Origin: Woeseiaceae bacterium
Lineage (GTDB): Bacteria > Pseudomonadota > Gammaproteobacteria > Steroidobacterales > Woeseiaceae
DNA length: 56,933 nucleotides
Assembly: GCA_041587435.1 (NCBI GenBank)
Contig: JBFGYM010000001.1
Location: forward strand, 1-56,933
Direction of reading: 5' to 3'
In this document: positions 9,353 to 17,099 of the stretch, one piece after another
How the letters are laid out: each line of letters starts with the position of its first letter
How positions within the stretch are numbered: position 1 is the first letter of the stretch
The notes under the pieces: model-generated
Databases searched by the model: none
The model's input: only the letters and a program-made list of their open reading frames with translations
What the model was told of the DNA's origin: nothing
Made by a program: the position numbers and the translations under genes

Positions 9353-10221
9353 GGCCCGGAACTCCCCGCTGCCTCGCACGGCAGCTGCAGGCTGAAACTT
9401 GTACCGCGTCCGGTCGCGCGAATGTCCACGCTTCCGCCATGCGCTTCGGCGACGGCTTTGACGATCGCCAGCCCGAGTCCCGTGCCATGGCTGCGGGTCG
9501 TGAAAAACGGCTCGAACAAGCGCGCACGAATGCCGTCCGGAATGCCGGGGCCGTCGTCGGTGACGCAGAGGTGCACAGTGTCGGCAAAACGGTGTGCGTG
9601 CAATAGAATGTCAATGCTGCCGGTACTGGCCTGGTCGGCGTTGCACACGAGATTCATCAGTGCGCCCTTGACGCCGTCGCGGTTCGCGAATACGGCGAGC
9701 GACGGATCAGTGACCGAAACGGCGACCTGCGTACCCTCGCCCAATTGCGGCAGGAGAATGTCGCGCACCTCGTGCAACAGTTCGGTGACGTTGACGTGCT
9801 GCCTGGCGCAACCGACGCCGGCGGCAAAGCCGAGCATGTCGTCGATCATGCGTCGCAGCTCCTGGATGCCCGCGACGATCTTGCCGGCGACCTCCGCCTG
9901 GCGCTCGTCCTGTGGCTCGAGCCGGCTCGCGTGCAGCAGCATCGACGCGAGCGGCGTGCGCACCTGGTGCGCAAACTCGGCGGTCGACTCACCGATGGCA
10001 GCCAGCCGCTGGCGTCGCCGGTGCATCTCGTCGCGCGCGGCCTCGGCCTTGTCGGCGCGCACTTCCGCCGCCAGCCGCGCCGCGTGTTCGGTACGCAGTT
10101 GCGCCGTCAGGGCCACGACGGTGTCCTGCAGATCGCGAAGCGACTCGTCGAGCACAGGCGCCGCGAACAGCGCATCGACGCGCGGGCGTTTGCGATGACG
10201 TTGTAACGGCGGTGTGGGCAA
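9349..10221 (-). CDS. fleS: Sensor histidine kinase FleS/FlrB, short form without recognisable sensor domain
   Basis: H-box EFAHQVRTPLASM, G1 DDGPGI, G2 GTGLGLAI. Only about 70 aa of coiled-coil-like sequence precede the DHp domain. Confidence 0.85.
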   Translation of the reverse strand: MPTPPLQRHRKRPRVDALFAAPVLDESLRDLQDTVVALTAQLRTEHAARLAAEVRADKAEAARDEMHRRRQRLAAIGESTAEFAHQVRTPLASMLLHASRLEPQDERQAEVAGKIVAGIQELRRMIDDMLGFAAGVGCARQHVNVTELLHEVRDILLPQLGEGTQVAVSVTDPSLAVFANRDGVKGALMNLVCNADQASTGSIDILLHAHRFADTVHLCVTDDGPGIPDGIRARLFEPFFTTRSHGTGLGLAIVKAVAEAHGGSVDIRATGRGTSFSLQLPCEAAGSSGP

Positions 10222-10265
10222 GACGTCCTCTCTTCGCTGCTTTGCTGGAATCCTGTAAGCAAAAA

Positions 10266-10281
10266 TGCAAAGAACGTGCCA
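10266..10281 (-). promoter_or_regulatory. RpoN (sigma54) promoter upstream of fleS-fleR
   Basis: Minus-strand TGGCAC-GTTCT-TTGCA, perfect consensus, about 45 nt upstream of the fleS start. Confidence 0.75.
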
Positions 10282-10299
10282 AGGGCTGTTTTATAATTA

Positions 10300-10312
10300 A
10301 ATCAATCAATTA
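10300..10312. promoter_or_regulatory. IHF-like site in AT-rich tract upstream of the fleS sigma54 promoter
   Basis: AATCAA-TCAA-TTA matches WATCAA-N4-TTR. It lies in the AT-rich stretch 10289-10321, just upstream of the -24 element. Confidence 0.35.
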
Positions 10313-10409
10313 CAATTTTCCGGCGGGCTCAATCCGGCGCCAAAATATTGTCGCCGTCGAAAAAACGCCGGGAATCGGCCGATCCGGCCGGGGTCGGGGA
10401 ATGCTGGCT

Positions 10410-11741
10410 TCAGGCGATGTTGTACTTGCCGATCTTCTCGACCAGCGTTGTGCGCCGCAGCTTGAGGAGGCGCGCAGCCCTGGCGACGACGCCGTTGCTG
10501 GCCTCCATCGCCTGGCCGATCAGGTCCTGCTCGACGCGCTGCAGGGTGTCCTTGAGGTTGGATTCGGTCAACTGCATGGCAGCGCAGACAGGATTAAGCT
10601 GTCCCGGAGCGGCCGGCTGCGCTTCTCGAAACTTGGGCGGCAGGTCACCGACGTCAATAATGCCGTCCGGCTTGGTGATGACAAGGCGCTCGACCAGGTT
10701 ACTGAGTTCGCGGATATTGCCGGGCCAGCGATACGCGGCCAGGGCCCGAATCGCTTCTGCGGAGACCCTGAATTGCGTGGTGCCGTCGCCGGCGTGCGTC
10801 ATGAACAACTCGTCGAGTAGCTGCGGCAGATCCGACACCCGCTTGTACAAGGGCGGCATCTCGATCGGGAAGACGTTGAGGCGGTAGAAAAGGTCCTCGC
10901 GGAACTCGCCGCTGCTGACGGCCGCGGGCAGATCCTTGTGCGTCGCGGCTATGATCCGTACGTTGCACGCCCGCGTCTCGCCGCTGCCGACGCGCTCGAA
11001 ACAACGCTCCTGCAGGACGCGCAGCAGTTTGACCTGCATGTCGAGGCTCATGTCGCCGATTTCGTCCAGGAACAGCGTGCCGCCTTCAGCGAGTTCGAAA
11101 CGCCCGGTGCGGTCCGCAATCGCGCCGGTGAACGCGCCCTTCTTGTGCCCGAACAACTCGCTTTCGAGCAGGTCGGCCGGAATTGCGCCGCAATTGATGG
11201 GCACGAAAGGCTTGTCGGCGCGGTCGGAGAGATCGTGGATCGTGCGCGCGACGAGTTCCTTGCCGGTGCCCGACTGGCCGGTGACGAGCACCGTCGTGTC
11301 GAAGTCGGCCACCTGTTCGATGAGCGTGCGCACGCGCCGGATCGAGGAGGCCTGGCCGGTCAGCCGCTGGCGCCGGTCAGCGCCGCGATAGCGTTCGGCG
11401 CGCTTCAAAAGGCGCTTGAGCTGAGCGCGCCTGAGCGGCAGCTGCAGCATCCAGCTGTCGGCCTCGGCCAGTTCGGGGCGGGTGCCGGTGGCTTCGGGGA
11501 AGCAGATGAACGGGGTTTCGCGGTGCGCATCCCGGTACGCGACGGCAGCGTCACCGAGCGTGTCGTCGAGTTTGCCGACCACGACGGCAAGCGTGTCCGC
11601 GTCGACGGCATCGAGCCGATCGCCGTCAGGGACGATGGCCTCGTAGTTCAGGTAGCCGAGACGGCCGGCGAAATTCCTGGCTCTCGCCGCGTCAGCGTCG
11701 AGAATCAGGATCTTGCCCGCGTTCGTCCCTTTCGATGCCAT
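10410..11741 (-). CDS. fleQ: Flagellar master regulator FleQ/FlrA (sigma54-dependent Fis-family activator)
   Basis: 443 aa. FleQ-type N-terminal domain. AAA+ domain with GQSGTGKE and GAFTGA. C-terminal HTH. Located upstream of fleSR as in Pseudomonas. Confidence 0.9.
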   Translation of the reverse strand: MASKGTNAGKILILDADAARARNFAGRLGYLNYEAIVPDGDRLDAVDADTLAVVVGKLDDTLGDAAVAYRDAHRETPFICFPEATGTRPELAEADSWMLQLPLRRAQLKRLLKRAERYRGADRRQRLTGQASSIRRVRTLIEQVADFDTTVLVTGQSGTGKELVARTIHDLSDRADKPFVPINCGAIPADLLESELFGHKKGAFTGAIADRTGRFELAEGGTLFLDEIGDMSLDMQVKLLRVLQERCFERVGSGETRACNVRIIAATHKDLPAAVSSGEFREDLFYRLNVFPIEMPPLYKRVSDLPQLLDELFMTHAGDGTTQFRVSAEAIRALAAYRWPGNIRELSNLVERLVITKPDGIIDVGDLPPKFREAQPAAPGQLNPVCAAMQLTESNLKDTLQRVEQDLIGQAMEASNGVVARAARLLKLRRTTLVEKIGKYNIA

Positions 11742-11838
11742 GCCGTCCCCCGGTCGCGCTTATGTCAAGCAAAACAGGTGGATAGCATAGCGCCCTCAAA
11801 TGACCGGCATTGTGACCCGATTCACAAATACGGTAGTT

Positions 11839-12168
11839 TTAACGTAATGCGGGACGCTCCGTCGGCGACTGCGGCTGGGCGTAAGCGCGCTGCGCTACCC
11901 GGCCCCGCCGAATCTCGGACAACCTCGCAAGCACCTCGGCGCGCGACGAGAGTGCACTCGTTTTCACGCGCTCGAACACCTGGCTCAGTGCCATCACCGC
12001 CGCCGCACGTTCCGATTCGGGAATGCGCAGCAGCGCGCTCTTGACCTGCACCGCCAGCTTCTCGGCCCGTTCCCATTCCTGGCGGGCGACGGCACCCTCC
12101 ATCAACGCCACCAGTTCATGGGCTTCTCTTTGCGGACCGCTTTCGATTTCAGCTCGATTCGCCAGCAT
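11839..12168 (-). CDS. Small helical protein in the fliT/fleP position (putative flagellar chaperone)
   Basis: Assigned by position between fliS and fleQ. About 109 aa, helical and charged. ATG 12168 has a GGGAGGG Shine-Dalgarno; the ORF track starts at 12219. Confidence 0.5.
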   Translation of the reverse strand: MLANRAEIESGPQREAHELVALMEGAVARQEWERAEKLAVQVKSALLRIPESERAAAVMALSQVFERVKTSALSSRAEVLARLSEIRRGRVAQRAYAQPQSPTERPALR

Positions 12169-12607
12169 GACTACCCTCCCGCCGTTGGCCTGCCGCTGCC
12201 GACCCGAGCAACTCGGCATCGTCGGCTATCGCGTCCCAGGCTTCCTTGAGTTCCCGCATCAATCCGGCGATCTCGTCCACGATCGCCGCGTCGTTCTTGA
12301 GATTTGCTTCGAGCAGCCGCCGCATCATGTAGGCGTACAGCGCATCGAAGTTCGCCGACATCCGGGCATCCTCCTTGTGATTGAGGCTCGCTTGCAGGCC
12401 GTTGATCACACTGATGGCGGACCCCAGTGCCTGACCCTTCCTGTCGATCTCGTCGCGCAGGATGTGGCCCCGCGCGTGATTCATCTGGGTCAGCGCGTGC
12501 TCCATCATCAGCTGGATCAGGCGGTGCGGCGACGCGTCGCCGATGGCGCCGCGGGTACCGATCTGCTGGTATTGCTGCAATGCGTGGTTCTGGCTGGCTG
12601 TATACAT
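12149..12607 (-). CDS. fliS: Flagellin-specific chaperone FliS
   Basis: 152 aa with typical FliS sequence (ASPHRLIQLMMEHAL...ISVINGLQASLN...YAYMMRRLLEANL). Confidence 0.92.
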   Translation of the reverse strand: MYTASQNHALQQYQQIGTRGAIGDASPHRLIQLMMEHALTQMNHARGHILRDEIDRKGQALGSAISVINGLQASLNHKEDARMSANFDALYAYMMRRLLEANLKNDAAIVDEIAGLMRELKEAWDAIADDAELLGSAAAGQRREGSHAGESS

Positions 12608-12616
12608 ATCGAGTCT

Positions 12617-14005
12617 TTAGTTCTGTTGCCGCTGAATCGTCGGCAGGTTTTCAAGTTGCTGGGCCAGGAAGTTGCTCGTCGACGTCAGCTGTGCCAACAA
12701 CGAGTCGAGCGCGTTGAACTGCCTCAGCAGGCGCGTTTCCAGCGACGCGAGCCGCTCGTTGAGTGCCTGCCGGTCCTCGTTAATGCCGTCGATGATCGCC
12801 GTCAGGCCTTGCGTGCGGGATTCGATGATGCCGTCTGAATCGAGATAGCCGTCCGCCAGCGCATAGAGCCGCGTGGCAAACCCGTCGGTCGTCGAGAACA
12901 ACTGACCGAACTTCACGAAATCGTCGTCGAGCACCGCGTCGAGGCGGGTATCGTCCGCCGACAAGGTGCCGTCGAGCTGTACTTCGATGCCGACGTCGCC
13001 GAGCATCGAGAACGGCGCATCGAGGTCCTGTACGGCCGTACTCATTTCGCGCCGGATCTGGTCGCGAATGCCTCGCACCGTTGAGTCGCCGATGAGCGGA
13101 GCGCCCAGCTCGGCGTCGGCGTCGTAGGCGGTCAGTTGGTCGAACGTCTTGATGAGCGCGTTATAGCTGGCGATAAAATCGTTGACGAGCTGCTTGGCCG
13201 CCTTGTGGTCGTTTTCGACCGTCAGCGTTTCGGCAGGCCCCGTCGTCGCTTCGAGGGCCGTGATCGTGACGCCCTCGACGGCGCCGGCAAACACGTTCGT
13301 GCTGCTGATGACGTCGAGCCCGTCGATGCGAATCAGCGCGTCCTGGGGTGCAATGGATTCGCTCATCGACACCAGCCCGGCGCCCGGGTCGTACTCGAGA
13401 GCGGCCAATCCTCCGTCGCCGCCCGCCTGGTTGATCGTGATCGTGTTGGCGGCACCCGAGTCTTCGGCCGTCATGATCAGGTAGCTGCCGCTTTCGGCGT
13501 TGACGATGGTCGCGGCGACGCCCGGGTTGTCGCTGGCGGCATTGATGGCATCGCGAATGCCGGAAAGCGTGTTGTTGGTCGCGTCGACGTCGACATTCAT
13601 GGTCGCGCCGCCCACGGTGACGGTGAGTGTGCCCGTGCCGACGACAGCGTCGGAACCGGTGAAAGCGCCCGACGTGAGCTTGTGGGCCTGGGCAAGTTGG
13701 ACGACCTCCAGCGAGTAACGCGCGGGCAGCGCACTGGTGCCCGCGCTGACCGTGAATTTGTCCTCGTTGCTCGATGACGCCTTGCGCGCGAGGAACTGGT
13801 CCAGCGAGCGCATGATCTCGAGCTTGTCCCGAACGTCAGACAGGGCCGCCTTAAGGCTGCCGAAAGCGGAGAGCTTCGACTGTGCGCGAATCTCCTGCTG
13901 TCCCAGTCTGGACTCCACCGGTTGCCCCTCCGCGGCGACTAGCTGCTGTACGATACCGGCAATGTCGAGGCCGGATCCGATTCCGGTTGAAACAATACTG
14001 GGCAT
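12617..14005 (-). CDS. fliD: Flagellar filament cap protein FliD
   Basis: 462 aa. N-terminus MPSIVSTGIGSGLDIAGIVQQLVAAE. C-terminal FliD domain ending ...RLLRQFNALDSLLAQL. Confidence 0.92.
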   Translation of the reverse strand: MPSIVSTGIGSGLDIAGIVQQLVAAEGQPVESRLGQQEIRAQSKLSAFGSLKAALSDVRDKLEIMRSLDQFLARKASSSNEDKFTVSAGTSALPARYSLEVVQLAQAHKLTSGAFTGSDAVVGTGTLTVTVGGATMNVDVDATNNTLSGIRDAINAASDNPGVAATIVNAESGSYLIMTAEDSGAANTITINQAGGDGGLAALEYDPGAGLVSMSESIAPQDALIRIDGLDVISSTNVFAGAVEGVTITALEATTGPAETLTVENDHKAAKQLVNDFIASYNALIKTFDQLTAYDADAELGAPLIGDSTVRGIRDQIRREMSTAVQDLDAPFSMLGDVGIEVQLDGTLSADDTRLDAVLDDDFVKFGQLFSTTDGFATRLYALADGYLDSDGIIESRTQGLTAIIDGINEDRQALNERLASLETRLLRQFNALDSLLAQLTSTSNFLAQQLENLPTIQRQQN

Positions 14006-14056
14006 GTCAATTTCTCAAGCTGCGGTCATTGCGGTTCGATTCATAACAAACTGGGT

Positions 14057-14072
14057 TACAAGATCCATGCCA
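14057..14072 (-). promoter_or_regulatory. Weak sigma54-like element upstream of fliD
   Basis: Minus-strand TGGCAT-GGATC-TTGTA. The -24 element is good, but the -12 element lacks the conserved GC. Confidence 0.3.
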
Positions 14073-14100
14073 GATTGACGAAATCGAACATTGCCAGTCC

Positions 14101-14448
14101 CTATACAAGGTCGTCGTAGAGCCTCAGTGCGACCTTTCCATGCTCCGAGATGTAAGTCTTGGCGTTTTCCGGGGGGATCTGGCGAATGATCTCGCCGGTT
14201 TCCCGGTCCAGCACCTGAATCACCGAGCTTCCCGTCTCCATGTTCACCTGGAAACGCAAATCGCGACCGATCGAGCGGGTCGCAATGTTGAGCTTGCGGG
14301 CGAGTACTTCCATATCCGGCGCGTCGGTGTCCGGCACAGAATTGCCGCTGGCGGGTCGGTCGTTGCCGGCTTTCGACTCCAGCGACACCTTCTGTACAGG
14401 AAACGTTCCTGTATGGATGGAGACTGGTTTCACGTCTAGCTCAGACAT
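14101..14448 (-). CDS. flaG: FlaG family flagellar protein
   Basis: 115 aa. C-terminal FlaG motif (LRFQVNMETGSSVIQVLDRETGEIIRQIPPE). Lies between fliC and fliD. Confidence 0.88.
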   Translation of the reverse strand: MSELDVKPVSIHTGTFPVQKVSLESKAGNDRPASGNSVPDTDAPDMEVLARKLNIATRSIGRDLRFQVNMETGSSVIQVLDRETGEIIRQIPPENAKTYISEHGKVALRLYDDLV

Positions 14449-14472
14449 CCAAATTCTCCTTCAACCCTGAGG

Positions 14473-14511
14473 CCCCGTTGGAAGGAGGCGTCCCTGCCCC
14501 CTTCCGCGGGG
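14473..14511 (-). terminator. Stem-loop just downstream of fliC (possible attenuating terminator, no U-tract)
   Basis: Minus-strand CCCCG-C-GGAAGG ...loop... CCTTCC-AA-CGGGG, starting 19 nt after the fliC stop. Confidence 0.4.
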
Positions 14512-14529
14512 TTATTCCTCTAGCTGCCG

Positions 14530-15678
14530 TTACTGCAGCAGGCTCAGAGCCAGCTGCGGCTGGGCATTCGCCTGCGAGAGGACGGCAACGCCAGCCTGCT
14601 GCAGGATCTGTGCCTTGGTCAACGCTGCCGTTTCTGCGGCGAAGTCGGCATCCTGGATGCGGCCACGAGAAGCCGACAGGTTTTCGCTGACCGTCTGCAG
14701 GTTCACGATCGTCGACTCGAAGCGGTTCTGGATAGCACCCAGGTTGCCGCGCAGGCCGTTGACCGCCGTCAGGGCAGAGTCGATGCGTGCGATCGCGAAG
14801 TTGGCGTTCGACACCGAGTCAACACCCAGGCCGGCCAGCGTCGTGGCTGCGGACACAGCCTCGGCAGCGGTCGTCACGCCTGCCAGGCCAGTCACGTTGC
14901 CCGCTCCGCCAACGGCTTCGGTGATTGCGACACCGGGATCGTCAGACAGAACCTGAAGAAACCCGAGGTCGTTCACGAACGCTGAAACGCCGCTAATGTT
15001 TGCGCCGTTGATAGCATCCGCAGCTTCCTGGATGGTCGCACCGGCAGCGACATTAACAGTGCTGGCAGCGCCTACTGCAGGCGTGAATGTGAGCACTGTA
15101 TCGGCCGTTCCCGGCGCCGTAACCGTGTCCATGGCGTAAGCCACACCGGATACCGTGTTGACCGTACCGATCGCACCGGCGGTGACGTCCGTCGTCAGGG
15201 AGACCGAAATCGTCTCGCCGACGTTGGCGCCGACCTGGAACACAGCCGTGCCGAACGAACCGTCGAGCACTTTCACGCCGTTGAAGTTCGTCTGCTTGGC
15301 AATGCGGTCTACCTCGGCGATGCGTTCCTGGACTTCGGCGTTCAGGGCTGCGCGGTCAGAGGCCGAGTTCGTGGCGTTGACCGATTGCACGGCCAGCTCA
15401 CGAATGCGCTGCAGGTTGTTGGTCAGCTCGCCGAGTGCGGACTCGGTCGTCTGCGCGAGGGAAATGCCGTCCGAAGCGTTACGAACAGCCTGGTCCAGGC
15501 CGCGGATCTGCGTCGTGAAACGCTCCGAGATCGCGAGCCCGGCCGCATCGTCCTTGGCGCTGTTGATGCGCAAACCTGTCGACAGACGCTCGAGTGCCGT
15601 GTTCATCATGCCCTGCGAGCGGCTCAGGTTACGCTGCGCGTTCAGCGATGCAACGTTGGTGTTAATCGTCTGTGCCAT
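14530..15678 (-). CDS. fliC: Flagellin
   Basis: 382 aa. Conserved N-terminus MAQTINTNVASLNAQRNL...LRINSAKDDAAGLAISERF. Conserved C-terminus ...LTKAQILQQAGVAVLSQANAQPQLALSLLQ. Ala/Thr/Val-rich variable centre. Confidence 0.95.
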   Translation of the reverse strand: MAQTINTNVASLNAQRNLSRSQGMMNTALERLSTGLRINSAKDDAAGLAISERFTTQIRGLDQAVRNASDGISLAQTTESALGELTNNLQRIRELAVQSVNATNSASDRAALNAEVQERIAEVDRIAKQTNFNGVKVLDGSFGTAVFQVGANVGETISVSLTTDVTAGAIGTVNTVSGVAYAMDTVTAPGTADTVLTFTPAVGAASTVNVAAGATIQEAADAINGANISGVSAFVNDLGFLQVLSDDPGVAITEAVGGAGNVTGLAGVTTAAEAVSAATTLAGLGVDSVSNANFAIARIDSALTAVNGLRGNLGAIQNRFESTIVNLQTVSENLSASRGRIQDADFAAETAALTKAQILQQAGVAVLSQANAQPQLALSLLQ

Positions 15679-15777
15679 TTGGTTAAACTCCTGTCTAAAG
15701 ATATTCCCGGTCTCGCAAGAGCTGCCGGAAGTCCGTCAACGGCCCGGAATCCGACCCGGAACCATCGTACACAGGGT

Positions 15778-15804
15778 TTATCGGTCACCTCGGTGAGACC
15801 TTTA
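15778..15804 (-). promoter_or_regulatory. Sigma28 (FliA)-type promoter of fliC
   Basis: Minus strand reads TAAA-N15-ACCGATAA (consensus TAAA-N15-GCCGATAA), about 100 nt upstream of the fliC ATG. Confidence 0.7.
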
Positions 15805-15903
15805 GCGGAAACTCGAATGGCTCGGGATGCGGGCCCGGCAGGGGCGATCGAAACTTTAGCGGCAAACGCGGATTTTGTGACGTGCCGCACACGGGTCCGC
15901 GGC

Positions 15904-17097
15904 TTACAGGTAGTTGAACAGCGAAAGCCCTTGCGTGCGGATAAAGGTCTGCTGTGCTGCCTCGAGCGTCGTGATCTCGAGGCTCATGCGGGACAGGGCC
16001 TCCGCGTAATCGAGGTCCTCGATCGACGCGAGCGTTTCCCGATGCGTCAGCGCGAAGCCGCCGTTACTGTCGAGCTGCGATTCGATGCTGGCCAATCGCG
16101 CGCCGACCTCGGTCCTCACGCCGAGTACGTTGCCGATCGCCTGGTCGATGTTCTGCAGCTCCGAATTGATGCGGTTGTTTAACGCAGCGCGCGACGCATC
16201 ATCGCCGGCGCCCGACTCCAGTGCCGCGATCATGCGCTCCACGCTCGAGAACATGTCCTGGTTGCGGCTCGGCGCAATGGTGAATTCGTCACCGGCGGCA
16301 GGCTGCCCGCTGATCGAAAACTCGATGCCGTTGAATGCGACGGTATCGCCGGGCTGGTAGCTGCCCGAAACAACGACCGCCGCCGCGGAATCAAGGACTT
16401 CGTAATTGCCAGGGGTGATGAAGCGGACCGTGTACTGGTCCGCTACCCACGCGGTCGGATCGGCCTGGCTGCCGGCACCGACGACGCCGGTCCCCGTGTT
16501 CGTGGCCGAGGCAGTGCTGCTGAATACGCCGTTGCCGTCGCGGATGGCGAAGAACACCGCGCTGCCCGGATCGCCGTCGGCCACCACGCGGCCCTCGCCG
16601 ATCTGGATGAACCGCCGGCCGTCATCGCCGTTGTAGCCGAACGTCGAGCCCGTGCGTGTCACCGGCTGCGTATCCGAGAGATTTCCCGAAAACAGGTAAT
16701 TGCCGTCGCCGTCCTGCTGGTTGGCGAGCTGCACGAGCTGGTCGAGGCGCTGTCGCATCTCGACGGCGATGAGCGCGCGCGATTCGTCGCTCTGCGTGGC
16801 ATTGTTTGCCTGCAGGGCCAGCTCACGGACGCGCTGCAGCACGTTGTTGACCGAGCCCAGCGCCTGTTCCTCTTGCGCAAGCCGGTTCGTTGCAATGTTG
16901 CCGTTGCGGTCGAATTGACCAAGGCGCGCAATCGCTTCGCGCAACTCGAGTGCACGCGACGCGGCGATCGGATCGTCCGACGGCGTCAGGATACGCCGCC
17001 CGCTGGAAATCTGGCGCTGCGTACGATCGAGCGCCTGCTGCAAGCGTTGCATGGCGTCGAGTCCCTGGAGGAATGCGCCGCGCGTCGAGACCCTCAT
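15904..17097 (-). CDS. flgL: Flagellar hook-filament junction protein FlgL
   Basis: 397 aa. Flagellin-like termini (MRVSTRGAFLQGLDAMQRLQ... and ...AAQQTFIRTQGLSLFNYL). Lies after flgK. Confidence 0.9.
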   Translation of the reverse strand: MRVSTRGAFLQGLDAMQRLQQALDRTQRQISSGRRILTPSDDPIAASRALELREAIARLGQFDRNGNIATNRLAQEEQALGSVNNVLQRVRELALQANNATQSDESRALIAVEMRQRLDQLVQLANQQDGDGNYLFSGNLSDTQPVTRTGSTFGYNGDDGRRFIQIGEGRVVADGDPGSAVFFAIRDGNGVFSSTASATNTGTGVVGAGSQADPTAWVADQYTVRFITPGNYEVLDSAAAVVVSGSYQPGDTVAFNGIEFSISGQPAAGDEFTIAPSRNQDMFSSVERMIAALESGAGDDASRAALNNRINSELQNIDQAIGNVLGVRTEVGARLASIESQLDSNGGFALTHRETLASIEDLDYAEALSRMSLEITTLEAAQQTFIRTQGLSLFNYL

Positions 17098-17099
17098 GA

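Noticed and set aside
15832-15858. Second sigma28-like promoter upstream of fliC (TAAAGTTTC -35-like box at 15851-15859)
   Set aside because: The -10 position reads GCCGGGCC (4/8 to GCCGATAA). It is more likely a repeat of the CTTTAGCGG motif than a functional promoter.
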